A DNA stretch of 64,000 nucleotides from Candidatus Hadarchaeota archaeon (GTDB taxonomy: Archaea; Hadarchaeota; Hadarchaeia; Hadarchaeales; Hadarchaeaceae). The DNA is taken from assembly GCA_964343275.1 (NCBI GenBank), contig CAYFIY010000001.1, positions 49,683 through 113,682 on the forward strand, given 5' to 3'. Below, piece after piece: positions 27,981-37,602 of the stretch (its first letter is position 1; each line of letters opens with the position of its first letter). Under the pieces are notes generated by a model, which saw nothing but the letters and a program-made list of their open reading frames with translations, was not told the DNA's origin and searched no databases. A program made the translations under genes and the position numbers.

Positions 27981-29025
27981 TGCCCCTCAATTCAGAAAGT
28001 ACTGGCATTTGCTTAAACGCATCGCTCGGCAGCGTCTTCCGAATTATCCGTGTGGGGTTTTAAGTTAGGAAAAGCAGGTACACTTCTTGTCGCAAGATCC
28101 CTCAAAACCCACTCACGTATCGATTGTTTGTCCAACTGAAACCCATATTTTAAATATGCCATATCCACATCTAATTTTGGATTTGTGGTTGGAATAGCGA
28201 GAAACAGAAACGCCAGACTAATAATCGGCGCGGCGGTCGTGTTCATTACCGACGGTATACTAGCGAATATGATAATGGGTTGAGAGATACTGCTATGATT
28301 ATAGGGCATAGTGCAATGGTGCAGTTTTTCTTCACTGTCTACCCTTCATGAGTAATTCGAGGTACAAGCTGAACAAGATGTGGGACGGTGCGGCTGGTAA
28401 ACGCAGCACTTTTCAAGTCACAATCCGGATGTATCGCTACAGATAGATAATTTGAGAATGGGTAATTCAGTATGACCTTGGCGGGTCCAAATCCTAAAAC
28501 TCTGCTCATATTTTATTATATATCCTGCCATTCATTTATCGGCTTAAGGGACTTTGCATCAAAACACTCTTGAAAAAATTTTTCCTTTGGGTGGTCTCAT
28601 TAATTTATTCTCATACTTTGGAATTATTGAATTTATAATGTCATTCGCTTCGTTTCATCCCAATGCTGGCTTTCAACATTTAAGCAGCGAATCTTTGTTT
28701 CAGAGATGGGGCGTGGTTAAGGTACCTACCTCTGGCAGGTCTGTTGCCAGATTATCAAGCGCACCCAGACACAGTATCTTCAATAGACCCAACTGCCATT
28801 TAATTTAAAATCTCTGGTGCATGGTCCAGCGACTTGGATAGCGATCACAGAAACTATCAAATCAGTATCCCTGCTCTGTGCCTGATGGTTTATGCTACTT
28901 GTCCATATCTCTTCCCGACCACAGTTGTCAGTATATCTTAGGTCAATGACCCCCACCTACTCGGAAGGGTGCACTGGTGAACTAAAATTTGTAAGATACT
29001 ACTCGAATGATTCTGAGCTAAATGG

Positions 29026-30228
29026 TTAATGAATCATCTCAGACCATAGATCGACCCAGTTTTCAATCTGCCGGGTAATAAGGAAGTTGTCCCTTACTTG
29101 CTGCTTCCCTCTTACGCCCATTCTCTCCTTCATATTTTTGTCGCAAAGGATATCTAACACCTTCTTTGCCGCTCCGTTATAATCGTGAGGCTTCACAATG
29201 TAGCCATTTGCGCCATCAATTACCTGTTCCTTTATGCCTCCAACGTTTGAGGCAACAACAGGGGTCTGCTTCCAGAGTGCCTCAGAGACGGTGAGACCGA
29301 AACCTTCCTTTATGGACTTTTGCAGGACGACATCAGAGGCCCTCTGGATGGCGTTAATCATGATATCGTGCGCGCCCATTATAATCCGAATGTCTTTTCT
29401 GCCTTTCACCTTGCCCTGAATCTGATCGTATATCATTTGACATTCGGGGTCGTCAAGTGCGATATTTCCCACCAAGAGTAGCTGACAGTCCATCTCGTCC
29501 CTTATCTTGTCAAAAACCTTCAGGACACCCGGTTGATCCTTCCACTTGTCAAAGCGGGAAATCTGGGAGATAATCGGTTTTTTTGTGTCAACGCCTATTT
29601 TTTTCATGTATTTCTTGACGGCGCTATTTTTTAAAGACATATTTTTCATGGAAAGTGGGTCAATCGCTGGTTTTATTATTCGGTGTTCGTTTGGAACCCC
29701 CTTGGCTGCGAATTCTTTCATTTGGTATACAACCAAATCATACTGTAATGTAAAACCCTTGAGATAATTCCATAACTTTCGATTGGGACTCGACAGGTCT
29801 ATATGGCACCTCCATACCCAAGGTTGTCTCTTCCGGTAAAATTTTATCATGGGCAATGGCTGTGGGTCGTGAACCACAACCAAGTCATGATTGATGTAGG
29901 TGAATTTTGAGAATATCTCGTTGGTCTCCTCATACAGGTTTATCTTCTTTTGGGTCAGGGCAATGGCATCGCTCTGCAGGGAATTATGGAATTTTTTTGT
30001 AACGTGAAAGAAATCTGGAGTTCCAATCAGTGTTCGCCACCCAACATACAGCCCCATGCTGTTCATAATCGGGACGATATTCCGTAGTATCTCAGCTACT
30101 CCCCCACCATAAGGAGTCGAGCTTATGTTGAGCATGGTTTTTTTATAGAGCCCCCTGCTCTTCCTGAAAATTTCTGCTATCTTATCATCGCCCACGATCT
30201 CTCTGTAATCGGTCAACCTTCTCAACAT
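29026..30228 (-). CDS. treT: trehalose glycosyltransferring synthase TreT (GT4)
   Basis: Collinear TreT motifs: ISSTPYGGGVAEIL, HDPQP, WRCHIDLSSPN, IDPLSMKN, QISRFDKWK, LLLVGN..DDPE, QRASDVVLQKSIKEGFGLTVSEALWK. Confidence 0.8.
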   Translation of the reverse strand: MLRRLTDYREIVGDDKIAEIFRKSRGLYKKTMLNISSTPYGGGVAEILRNIVPIMNSMGLYVGWRTLIGTPDFFHVTKKFHNSLQSDAIALTQKKINLYEETNEIFSKFTYINHDLVVVHDPQPLPMIKFYRKRQPWVWRCHIDLSSPNRKLWNYLKGFTLQYDLVVYQMKEFAAKGVPNEHRIIKPAIDPLSMKNMSLKNSAVKKYMKKIGVDTKKPIISQISRFDKWKDQPGVLKVFDKIRDEMDCQLLLVGNIALDDPECQMIYDQIQGKVKGRKDIRIIMGAHDIMINAIQRASDVVLQKSIKEGFGLTVSEALWKQTPVVASNVGGIKEQVIDGANGYIVKPHDYNGAAKKVLDILCDKNMKERMGVRGKQQVRDNFLITRQIENWVDLWSEMIH

Positions 30229-30336
30229 TCAACCAAATTGAAATTCGGCTCCATCAATTTAACTACTGCGCCGAGCTGGTTGTTATCAAAAAATATCCAC
30301 CTGAAAATCTCGTTAAGTTTTAGTTTGCAGATGTAA

Positions 30337-31134
30337 ATGGCTACTAGGATCCGGATGAGAAACCTTCTCGACCAGCTTGGAAAATTGGAGAAACGTTTGC
30401 GCTCTGGTGTCATGCTGCTTATGGACTACGATGGTACCCTCACCCCGATAGTCAAAAGACCCGAGCTTGCGGTTCTCTCTTCAGATATGAAAGTTTTGCT
30501 CAAGTCCATGGTTGAACATTTCAAAATAGCGATAATAACCGGCAGGTCTCTGGAAGAGGTTAAAAAAATGGTGGGGTTGAAGGGGATTTATCACGCTGGA
30601 AATCACGGCCTTGAAATAGAAGGTCCCGGCGTGAGTTATCTTAGACCCGAGGCGGAGCATTTTCGTCACATAATCTCCGAGATTTGCAGGATGTTACAAA
30701 TGAGGCTAGAAAAAATAGAAGGGTCGATTGTGGAAAATAAGGGACTTACAGGGAGCGTCCACTACCGGCTTGTCATGAGAGGACATGTGGGCACCATGAA
30801 AGAAATTTTCAGAGAAGTGGTCAAGCCTTACTTAACTTCTGGAGAAGTCAGAGTCACACGCGGCAAGAAAGTTTTGGAAATAAGGCCGAGTGTTGATTGG
30901 GACAAAGGAAAGGCAGTCCTCTGGATATTGGACGTTGTCGATCCTAGAAGGAAACTAATCCCCATTTACCTGGGAGATGATCGGACTGATGAGGATGCTT
31001 TCTTGGTATTAAAGGGGAAAGGATTAGGTGTTCTGGTTTCTGAGAGAGAGAAAAAAACTCAGGCAAAGTTCTTCTTGAGAGATGTGGACGAGGTTAAATC
31101 CTTCTTGGAGAAACTGAAGGTCATAATAAAATAA
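30337..31134 (+). CDS. otsB: trehalose-6-phosphate phosphatase (OtsB, HAD superfamily)
   Basis: DYDGTLTPIV (HAD motif I), RPSVDWDKG, IYLGDDRTDEDAF. Confidence 0.8.
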   Translation: MATRIRMRNLLDQLGKLEKRLRSGVMLLMDYDGTLTPIVKRPELAVLSSDMKVLLKSMVEHFKIAIITGRSLEEVKKMVGLKGIYHAGNHGLEIEGPGVSYLRPEAEHFRHIISEICRMLQMRLEKIEGSIVENKGLTGSVHYRLVMRGHVGTMKEIFREVVKPYLTSGEVRVTRGKKVLEIRPSVDWDKGKAVLWILDVVDPRRKLIPIYLGDDRTDEDAFLVLKGKGLGVLVSEREKKTQAKFFLRDVDEVKSFLEKLKVIIK

Positions 31135-32100
31135 CTATAATTTAGACCCCACTAAGCCAAAGTGAGCCAACATCGCTTCAAGCTGGATCCGTTCGTTTGC
31201 GCCTTCTGTTAGTCTGAAGGATATCTCCCCAACCTTATCTAAGATTCCGACTTTTGTGAACTCAGGTAGCTTAAGGTTGAATATCTCGCGGTGAACTTGT
31301 TCCAGGATATCTTCCCCTGTCAGACCTCTGTCAATGAGCAGGGCTTGGAGTCTACTTCGGGCATCCTCGAATTTTCCGGAAAGGGCTAGGTCCAACATTT
31401 GTTTGACCTCCTCAGGCTTTGCGGATGCGCTAACATCGTATATCGTCTTCTCGGTTACCTTCTTCCCAAAGGTGGCTGCCGCCTGAAGCACGTTGATAGC
31501 TTTTCTCAGGTCGCCCTCGCTGACGTAGAACATCGCTTTGACGGCCTCCGCAGTAAGGGTAATTTTCTCTTCCTGGGCTATTCTCTTGAACATCTGCTCT
31601 ACGTCTTTTCCCGTCAGTCTTCTAAACCTGAATATCGCACAGCGAGATTGAATGGGCTCTATTATACGACTTGAATAGTTGCAGTCGAGTATGAACCGTG
31701 TGCTGTGGGTGAACATCTCCATGGTACGTCTCAGGGCATTCTGGGCATCGGAAGTCAAGGCATCGCTTTCGTCTAAGAGGATTATCTTGTACGGCACATC
31801 TCCAAAGGGCATGGTTCTAGCGTAGTTCTTGACCTTGGTCCTAACGGTGTCGATTCCCCGCTCGTCAGACGCGTTTAATTCCAGCAAATTCCGTCTCCAG
31901 CTTTCCCCGAACAATTCGCGCGCCATACACAGGGCGGCTGAAGTTTTCCCCGTGCCGGCTGGTCCGGCAAATAGCAGGTGTGGCAGTGATTTCTTATCCA
32001 CGAAGCTCTGGAGCCTATTCAGTATCTCCTGTTGGCCGACCATTTCGTTGAGCTTTCTCGGCCTATATTTCTCAATCCAAAGTTCTTCCGCTTCAGTCAT
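31135..32100 (-). CDS. rfcS: replication factor C small subunit
   Basis: WIEKYRPRKL, GPAGTGKTS Walker A, DESD (DEAD-like), SRC motif. Confidence 0.9.
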   Translation of the reverse strand: MTEAEELWIEKYRPRKLNEMVGQQEILNRLQSFVDKKSLPHLLFAGPAGTGKTSAALCMARELFGESWRRNLLELNASDERGIDTVRTKVKNYARTMPFGDVPYKIILLDESDALTSDAQNALRRTMEMFTHSTRFILDCNYSSRIIEPIQSRCAIFRFRRLTGKDVEQMFKRIAQEEKITLTAEAVKAMFYVSEGDLRKAINVLQAAATFGKKVTEKTIYDVSASAKPEEVKQMLDLALSGKFEDARSRLQALLIDRGLTGEDILEQVHREIFNLKLPEFTKVGILDKVGEISFRLTEGANERIQLEAMLAHFGLVGSKL

Positions 32101-32101
32101 C

Positions 32102-32494
32102 TTATCTCCGTTTGATCTTCTCCTTTATTATCTTCTGGGCAGTTCTTCCATAGGATTTGAGCAAACTGTCCAAAACTTTATCGATGATACATTTTTCAAA
32201 CTTTCTCCGAGATATCTTGATCTTGTAAATGTATTTCAACCCGCCCTTTCCCTTGGTGATGCTGGATGAGAGTAGGCCTCGCTCACAAAGAGATTTCATG
32301 GCGGCATTAACCGTGGCCCGCTTTAGGTTTTTCTTGTTGCTCAACAGGATTTTCACTGTTCTGACCGTGGCCCGTTTTCGCCGCCACATGATCAAAATTA
32401 TCTCTGATTCAATGGGGCTCAGAACTGTTTCAATACCCTCTCTTTGGGGCCTGTAGTCGGTCCAGCTAAACAGGTTCACCATCCAAAAATCCAT
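32102..32494 (-). CDS. winged-helix transcriptional regulator (BlaI/CopY-like)
   Basis: LSPIESEIILIMWRRKRATVRTV wHTH pattern; 2 bp upstream of rfcS on the same strand. Confidence 0.5.
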   Translation of the reverse strand: MDFWMVNLFSWTDYRPQREGIETVLSPIESEIILIMWRRKRATVRTVKILLSNKKNLKRATVNAAMKSLCERGLLSSSITKGKGGLKYIYKIKISRRKFEKCIIDKVLDSLLKSYGRTAQKIIKEKIKRR

Positions 32495-32544
32495 AGTTGT
32501 TTATCATACGTGAATAAAAATCTTAGCCAACGATATTTTTAGGA

Positions 32545-35500
32545 TTGAGTCACAATTGGATTCGGGTTAAGCCAATGATTCAGCCTGCGGCAAAAATTTA
32601 CGAAGCTCAAAAAGTTGAACGGGAAGTCCAGGAGTGGTGGTCATCGAGTGGTATTTATGAAAAGGTGAAAAAGGTGCACGTAAGCGGAGAGCCATGGTAT
32701 TTCTTAGACGGGCCACCCTACGCTAGCGGATCGGTTCACTTGGGAACGGCATGGAACAAGATAATAAAGGATACCGTCCTAAAATACAAGGCCATGTGCG
32801 GTTTCAATGTTATGCGCCAGCCGGGGTGGGACTGCCACGGTCTTCCAATCGAGGTCAAAGTAGAGGAGCTATTGGGAATTCAGACAAAGAAGGATATAGA
32901 GCAAAAGGTGAGTGTGGAAGAGTTCGTCAATCAGTGCAGGAAGTGGGCGACCGACCACGTGGCGCTCATGACTGAACAGTTCAAGCGGCTTGGTATTTGG
33001 ATGGAATGGGATGATCCATACATCACGTTCAAAAATAATTACATAGCATCCGCCTGGTGGACTCTCAAGCGGTCTTACGAACGCGGCCTCATGAAAAAGG
33101 ACATGCGGGTGATCCATTGGTGTCCACGTTGCGAGACTGCCTTGGCTGAGCATGAGGTTCGAGGCGAGTACCATGACGTTCGCGACCCGTCGTTATTTGC
33201 GCGCTTCAAGCTTCGAGATCGTCAAAATGAATACATACTGATATGGACGACGACTCCTTGGACACTACCATCGGATTTGGCCGTATGCCTTAATCCAGAC
33301 TACGATTACTCAGAGGTGGCTGTCGGCGGACATGTCTACTTACTGGCCACAGCTCTGGTGGAAAGTGTGATGCAAGAGTTGGGCATCGTCGATTACAAAG
33401 TGATGAATTCTGTGAAAGGAGATTCTCTTGCGGGTCTAAAGTATGAACACCCCTTGCTCGACGAAGTTCCAAAGCAGGTGGAATTCACGGATCATCACGG
33501 GGTCATTCTCGGCAGACACGTCACCTTGGATGAGGGGACCGGTTGTGTTCATACGGCCCCGGGACATGGTGAAGAGGACTTCGTGGTCGGGTCAAAATAT
33601 GGTTTGCCTGTTTTCAGTCCAGTTGGAACGGATGGGAAGTTCACAGATGATGCTGGAAAATATTCAGGCATGTTAGTTAAGGATGCCGATCTAGTTATCC
33701 TGGAGGATCTGAAGAAAAAGGATATACTCCTCAAGCATGGAACGATTACTCACCAGTATCCACACTGCTGGCGATGTCAATCGCCACTATTGTTCAGAGC
33801 CACCGAGCAATGGTTCCTAAAGGTGGGGGATATCAAACCCACTATTCTACAGAAGAACACTGAAAAGGTTCAGTGGGTTCCAGGATGGGCCGGAACCCGC
33901 TATGCGAACGGAGTAGAATCTGTTGGCGATTGGTGTATATCTCGACAGAGATATTGGGGGATCCCACTTCCCATCTGGATTTGCGAGCAATGTAAAAATG
34001 TTGCGATCGTCGAGAGTCCCGAGGAGTTGGCGAGACTGTCCATTCATCCGATTGCTGACATTGATTTGCATCGACCCCATGTGGATCGCGTGGAAGTAAG
34101 ATGCACGAAGTGCAATGGAGTTTCTAGACGTGTTCAGGACGTCTTGGATGTCTGGTTCGATTCGGGAATAGCATCTTGGGCGAGCCTGGGATATCCAAAG
34201 ATTGAAGGTCCATTCCAAAAGCTGTGGCCGAGCGAATTCGTGACAGAAGGCGAGGACCAGGTGACCAAGTGGTTCTACAGTCAACAGGTAGTTTCAATTA
34301 TTGCTTTCGGCGATGTCCCATATAAAAAGGTGCTCATGCACGGTTTTGCCTTGGATGAACATGGAAGAAAGATGTCGAAATCACTGGGGAATGTTGTAAG
34401 TCCAGAAGATATCGTCGGAAAATATGGAGTGGATGTCCTCCGCCTTTACATCCTGGGGGCAAACTCCCCATGGGAAGATCTAAAGTTTGGCTGGAAGGGC
34501 TTGGAAGTTGTAAAAAGGATGATGGGCGTCTTGTGGAATGTACACGTCTTCGCCACAACTTATATGTCTCTGGACGAGTTCGACCCAAATAAAATCGATC
34601 TGGATAAGATAACCGCAAATTTCTCTCTCGAAGATCTTTGGATGATCTCCAGGATTCATAGCGTCGTTAAGGATTCCACGAGATCCATGGATGATTTGGA
34701 CCTACACAGCGCCGTCCGCGCCGTTTCAAAGTTCGTCTTGGAGGACATCAGCAGGTGGTATGTTAAGCTGGTAAGGGAGAGAGTCTGGATAGAGAAAGAT
34801 GACCCAAAGAAGCTTGCGGCTTACGTGGTTCTTTATCAGGTCATGCATGTCTTAACGAGGTTGCTGTCCCCCTTTGCCCCTCACATGAGTGAAATTATCT
34901 ATCGAGATCTGGTAAGGTCGATCAATCCAACAGTGCCGGAGAGTGTGCACATGTTACCCTGGCCTTCGGTGGACGATGAAGCAATAAAATGTAATTTGGA
35001 GGATGGCATGAATATCGTCCGGGGCGTTGTGGAGGCAGGGGCTGCGGCGAGACAACAGGCAAAACTGAAGCTTAGATGGCCGGTGCAAACTGTGGCCGTG
35101 AAGGCATTCAAGCCCGAGACTGTTGATGCAATGTCTGGTTTGGAAGATCTTTTAAAGAACCAGTTAAACTGCAAAGAGTTTGTGATCATCGACCCTGGAG
35201 AGGGATTCGAGGGCTCACGCATAAATATCAAAATAGACGAACAGCGGTTCAAAAATAGCTTCGGTACCCTGTCACATGATGTGATGCAGATGTTGGGGGC
35301 GATGGATGCCACACGAGTAGATGAAGAACTCAATGTTCATGGGGTTGTCCGTTTAAACATAAATGGGCGTGAGCTGAGCATCGATCGGGATTTGATAAGT
35401 GTTGAGGAAGAGGTGTCTGAGGGTTTCTCTCTCGTGCAGACTGAGTTTGGCAAAATATTTGTGGATACTAAGATAACTCCGGAACTGAAGACAGAGTCCA

Positions 35501-35772
35501 TGGCGCGCGAGTTGATAAGAAGGTTGCAGACCATGCGCAAGGAAATGGATCTTTCAATGGTTGAAATAGTTGACGTCCAAATTGGTGTCAAACAGGATAA
35601 TTTTGGATCCCTGAGCATGCATCAAAACTACATTTCGCGAGAAGTCCGCGCTGGGAATCTTCGCATATGTAGCGTCGATGATGTATCAGGCGATGGATAC
35701 CTAAAAGATTGGAATATTGGCGGCAGTGATTTTAGACTTCTCATCAAACGCGTTTCCGAGTCTTCTGTTTAG
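32545..35772 (+). CDS. ileS: isoleucyl-tRNA synthetase
   Basis: HLGTAWNKIIKD (HIGH-like), KMSKSLGNVV, editing domain, Zn motifs; 1075 aa. Confidence 0.92.
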   Translation: MSHNWIRVKPMIQPAAKIYEAQKVEREVQEWWSSSGIYEKVKKVHVSGEPWYFLDGPPYASGSVHLGTAWNKIIKDTVLKYKAMCGFNVMRQPGWDCHGLPIEVKVEELLGIQTKKDIEQKVSVEEFVNQCRKWATDHVALMTEQFKRLGIWMEWDDPYITFKNNYIASAWWTLKRSYERGLMKKDMRVIHWCPRCETALAEHEVRGEYHDVRDPSLFARFKLRDRQNEYILIWTTTPWTLPSDLAVCLNPDYDYSEVAVGGHVYLLATALVESVMQELGIVDYKVMNSVKGDSLAGLKYEHPLLDEVPKQVEFTDHHGVILGRHVTLDEGTGCVHTAPGHGEEDFVVGSKYGLPVFSPVGTDGKFTDDAGKYSGMLVKDADLVILEDLKKKDILLKHGTITHQYPHCWRCQSPLLFRATEQWFLKVGDIKPTILQKNTEKVQWVPGWAGTRYANGVESVGDWCISRQRYWGIPLPIWICEQCKNVAIVESPEELARLSIHPIADIDLHRPHVDRVEVRCTKCNGVSRRVQDVLDVWFDSGIASWASLGYPKIEGPFQKLWPSEFVTEGEDQVTKWFYSQQVVSIIAFGDVPYKKVLMHGFALDEHGRKMSKSLGNVVSPEDIVGKYGVDVLRLYILGANSPWEDLKFGWKGLEVVKRMMGVLWNVHVFATTYMSLDEFDPNKIDLDKITANFSLEDLWMISRIHSVVKDSTRSMDDLDLHSAVRAVSKFVLEDISRWYVKLVRERVWIEKDDPKKLAAYVVLYQVMHVLTRLLSPFAPHMSEIIYRDLVRSINPTVPESVHMLPWPSVDDEAIKCNLEDGMNIVRGVVEAGAAARQQAKLKLRWPVQTVAVKAFKPETVDAMSGLEDLLKNQLNCKEFVIIDPGEGFEGSRINIKIDEQRFKNSFGTLSHDVMQMLGAMDATRVDEELNVHGVVRLNINGRELSIDRDLISVEEEVSEGFSLVQTEFGKIFVDTKITPELKTESMARELIRRLQTMRKEMDLSMVEIVDVQIGVKQDNFGSLSMHQNYISREVRAGNLRICSVDDVSGDGYLKDWNIGGSDFRLLIKRVSESSV

Positions 35773-36201
35773 TCCGCCGACTAGCTCGATTATACCATTT
35801 CCCAGACTCGCTTGATAACAGATATTTCGTATTCTATTATTAGATTACTTCGTACTTGTTCGAGATGCTTTATCCGTACAGATAACTTTCAACCAAAAAT
35901 GGCTGTTATGGCCATAGGTGCGGCGGAGGCTAGCATGAGAAGGGGAACCCATATAGAATAGGTCATCGTCAAGAGACTGAGATCAATAATCATGATCGTG
36001 GGAAAGAATGATGATACCTAGAATATCCAAGTACCGGACCAGAACCACAGCATATGTTTCAGGTACATTCGTTGCACCTTTAACAGGTGGTGTAGTTCCT
36101 TATCATTTGTTCTCAGTTGTTGCTTTACTCCCTTCTCCTTTGCCGATTTTTTTTATCATATCCATCGAGCGAGTCTCAACATATTTAAAGATTTAAGATA
36201 G

Positions 36202-37497
36202 TTGTTCCAAACTTTAAAATGTGCAAATATGACAAAATCATCGGAGGTCTCTGGTTTCTACAAGATGAGTCCGGAGGATAGGCTTAAGTTTGTACGGGGG
36301 TTCGCAGGGCTGTCAGATGATGAGGTAGAGCTTCTACACAAACCTGATGCTCTTAGTCTTGGTCAGGCAAACAGAATGATTGAAAATGTGATAGGAACCA
36401 CCTGGCTTCCAATAGGGATGGCCACAAATTTTCTCATCAACGGCAGGGACTATCTGGTTCCTATGGTTACCGAGGAACCCTCTGTAGTTGCAGCCGCATC
36501 GAATGCCGCCAAGATTGCCAGAGCAAAAGGCGGGTTTCATACTGAGAGCACATTACCGGTGATGATAGGCCAAATTCAGCTAGTCGATGTTGAGAACCCA
36601 ATGGCCGCGAAGGAGAAAATCATTAGGGAATCGGGGAAAATTTTGGCAAAGGCGAATGAACAGGACCAAGTCTTGGTGAAGCTAGGCGGTGGAGCTATCG
36701 GGCTCGACGTCAGGCCGATCGATTCGACCATTGGCCCAATGATAATAATACACCTACTCGTTGACGTGCGAGACGCCATGGGTGCCAACGTCATCAATAC
36801 CATGTGTGAGTCTATCGCTCCAATGATAGAGGAACTGATCGGGGGAAAGGTATTTTTGAGGATAGTCTCCAATCTGGCGGTTCATCGTTTGGCACGAGCT
36901 AAGGCGGTTTTTTTGGCAGAGGCGCTGGGGGGGGCGGAGGTCGTCGATGGTATTCTGAAGGCATATGCATTTGCCGAGGCCGATCCCTTCCGCTGTGCCA
37001 CCCACAATAAAGGTGCCATGAACGGGGTCATCGCAGTAGCTTCGGCAACCGCAAATGATACTCGGGCGCTGGAGGCTGGTGCACATACATACGCCTCGAT
37101 GGATGGTGTTTACAAGCCACTAAGTCACTGGTCGCGGACTGTGGATGGAGATCTAATGGGAGATATTGAATTGCCGGTAGCGGTGGGAATAATCGGGGGA
37201 GCAACCGCCGTACACCCTATAGCTAAAATCTGCCGAAAGATATTGCGAGTACAATCTGCCCGTGAACTAGGAGAAGTAATGGCTGCGGTGGGGCTAGCGA
37301 ATAATCTGGCGGCGATGCGGGCACTGGCGACGGAGGGTATCCAGAGGGGCCATCTAAAGTTACACGCGAGAAATGTTGCTGTGACGGCTGGTGCCGCTGG
37401 GGAACTAATCGATGTCGTGGCAAGGCGCATGATTGAAAGGGGAAAAATTAATTTTGACCGAGCCCATGCGATATTGGAAGAGCTCGAGAAAAAATAG
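36202..37497 (+). CDS. hmgA: 3-hydroxy-3-methylglutaryl-CoA reductase (class I, archaeal)
   Basis: ENVIGTTWLPIGMATNFLINGRDYLVPMVTEEPSVVAAASNAAK signature; 431 aa. Confidence 0.88.
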   Translation: MFQTLKCANMTKSSEVSGFYKMSPEDRLKFVRGFAGLSDDEVELLHKPDALSLGQANRMIENVIGTTWLPIGMATNFLINGRDYLVPMVTEEPSVVAAASNAAKIARAKGGFHTESTLPVMIGQIQLVDVENPMAAKEKIIRESGKILAKANEQDQVLVKLGGGAIGLDVRPIDSTIGPMIIIHLLVDVRDAMGANVINTMCESIAPMIEELIGGKVFLRIVSNLAVHRLARAKAVFLAEALGGAEVVDGILKAYAFAEADPFRCATHNKGAMNGVIAVASATANDTRALEAGAHTYASMDGVYKPLSHWSRTVDGDLMGDIELPVAVGIIGGATAVHPIAKICRKILRVQSARELGEVMAAVGLANNLAAMRALATEGIQRGHLKLHARNVAVTAGAAGELIDVVARRMIERGKINFDRAHAILEELEKK

Positions 37498-37602
37498 TAT
37501 GAACGAAAGTTTTTTCGCTAATAGTGTCTTTTCTTAAAAAAATATATAGCATCCTTTAAAATATCTTTAAGCCTTAGGTAAACAACTATTATTGGGCTGG
37601 AC

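Noticed and set aside
36000-36080. C/D-box sRNA candidate (AUGAUGA at about 36008) in the ileS-hmgA spacer
   Set aside because: No matching D box (CUGA) at the expected 3' position and no terminal stem; probably a chance C-box-like heptamer
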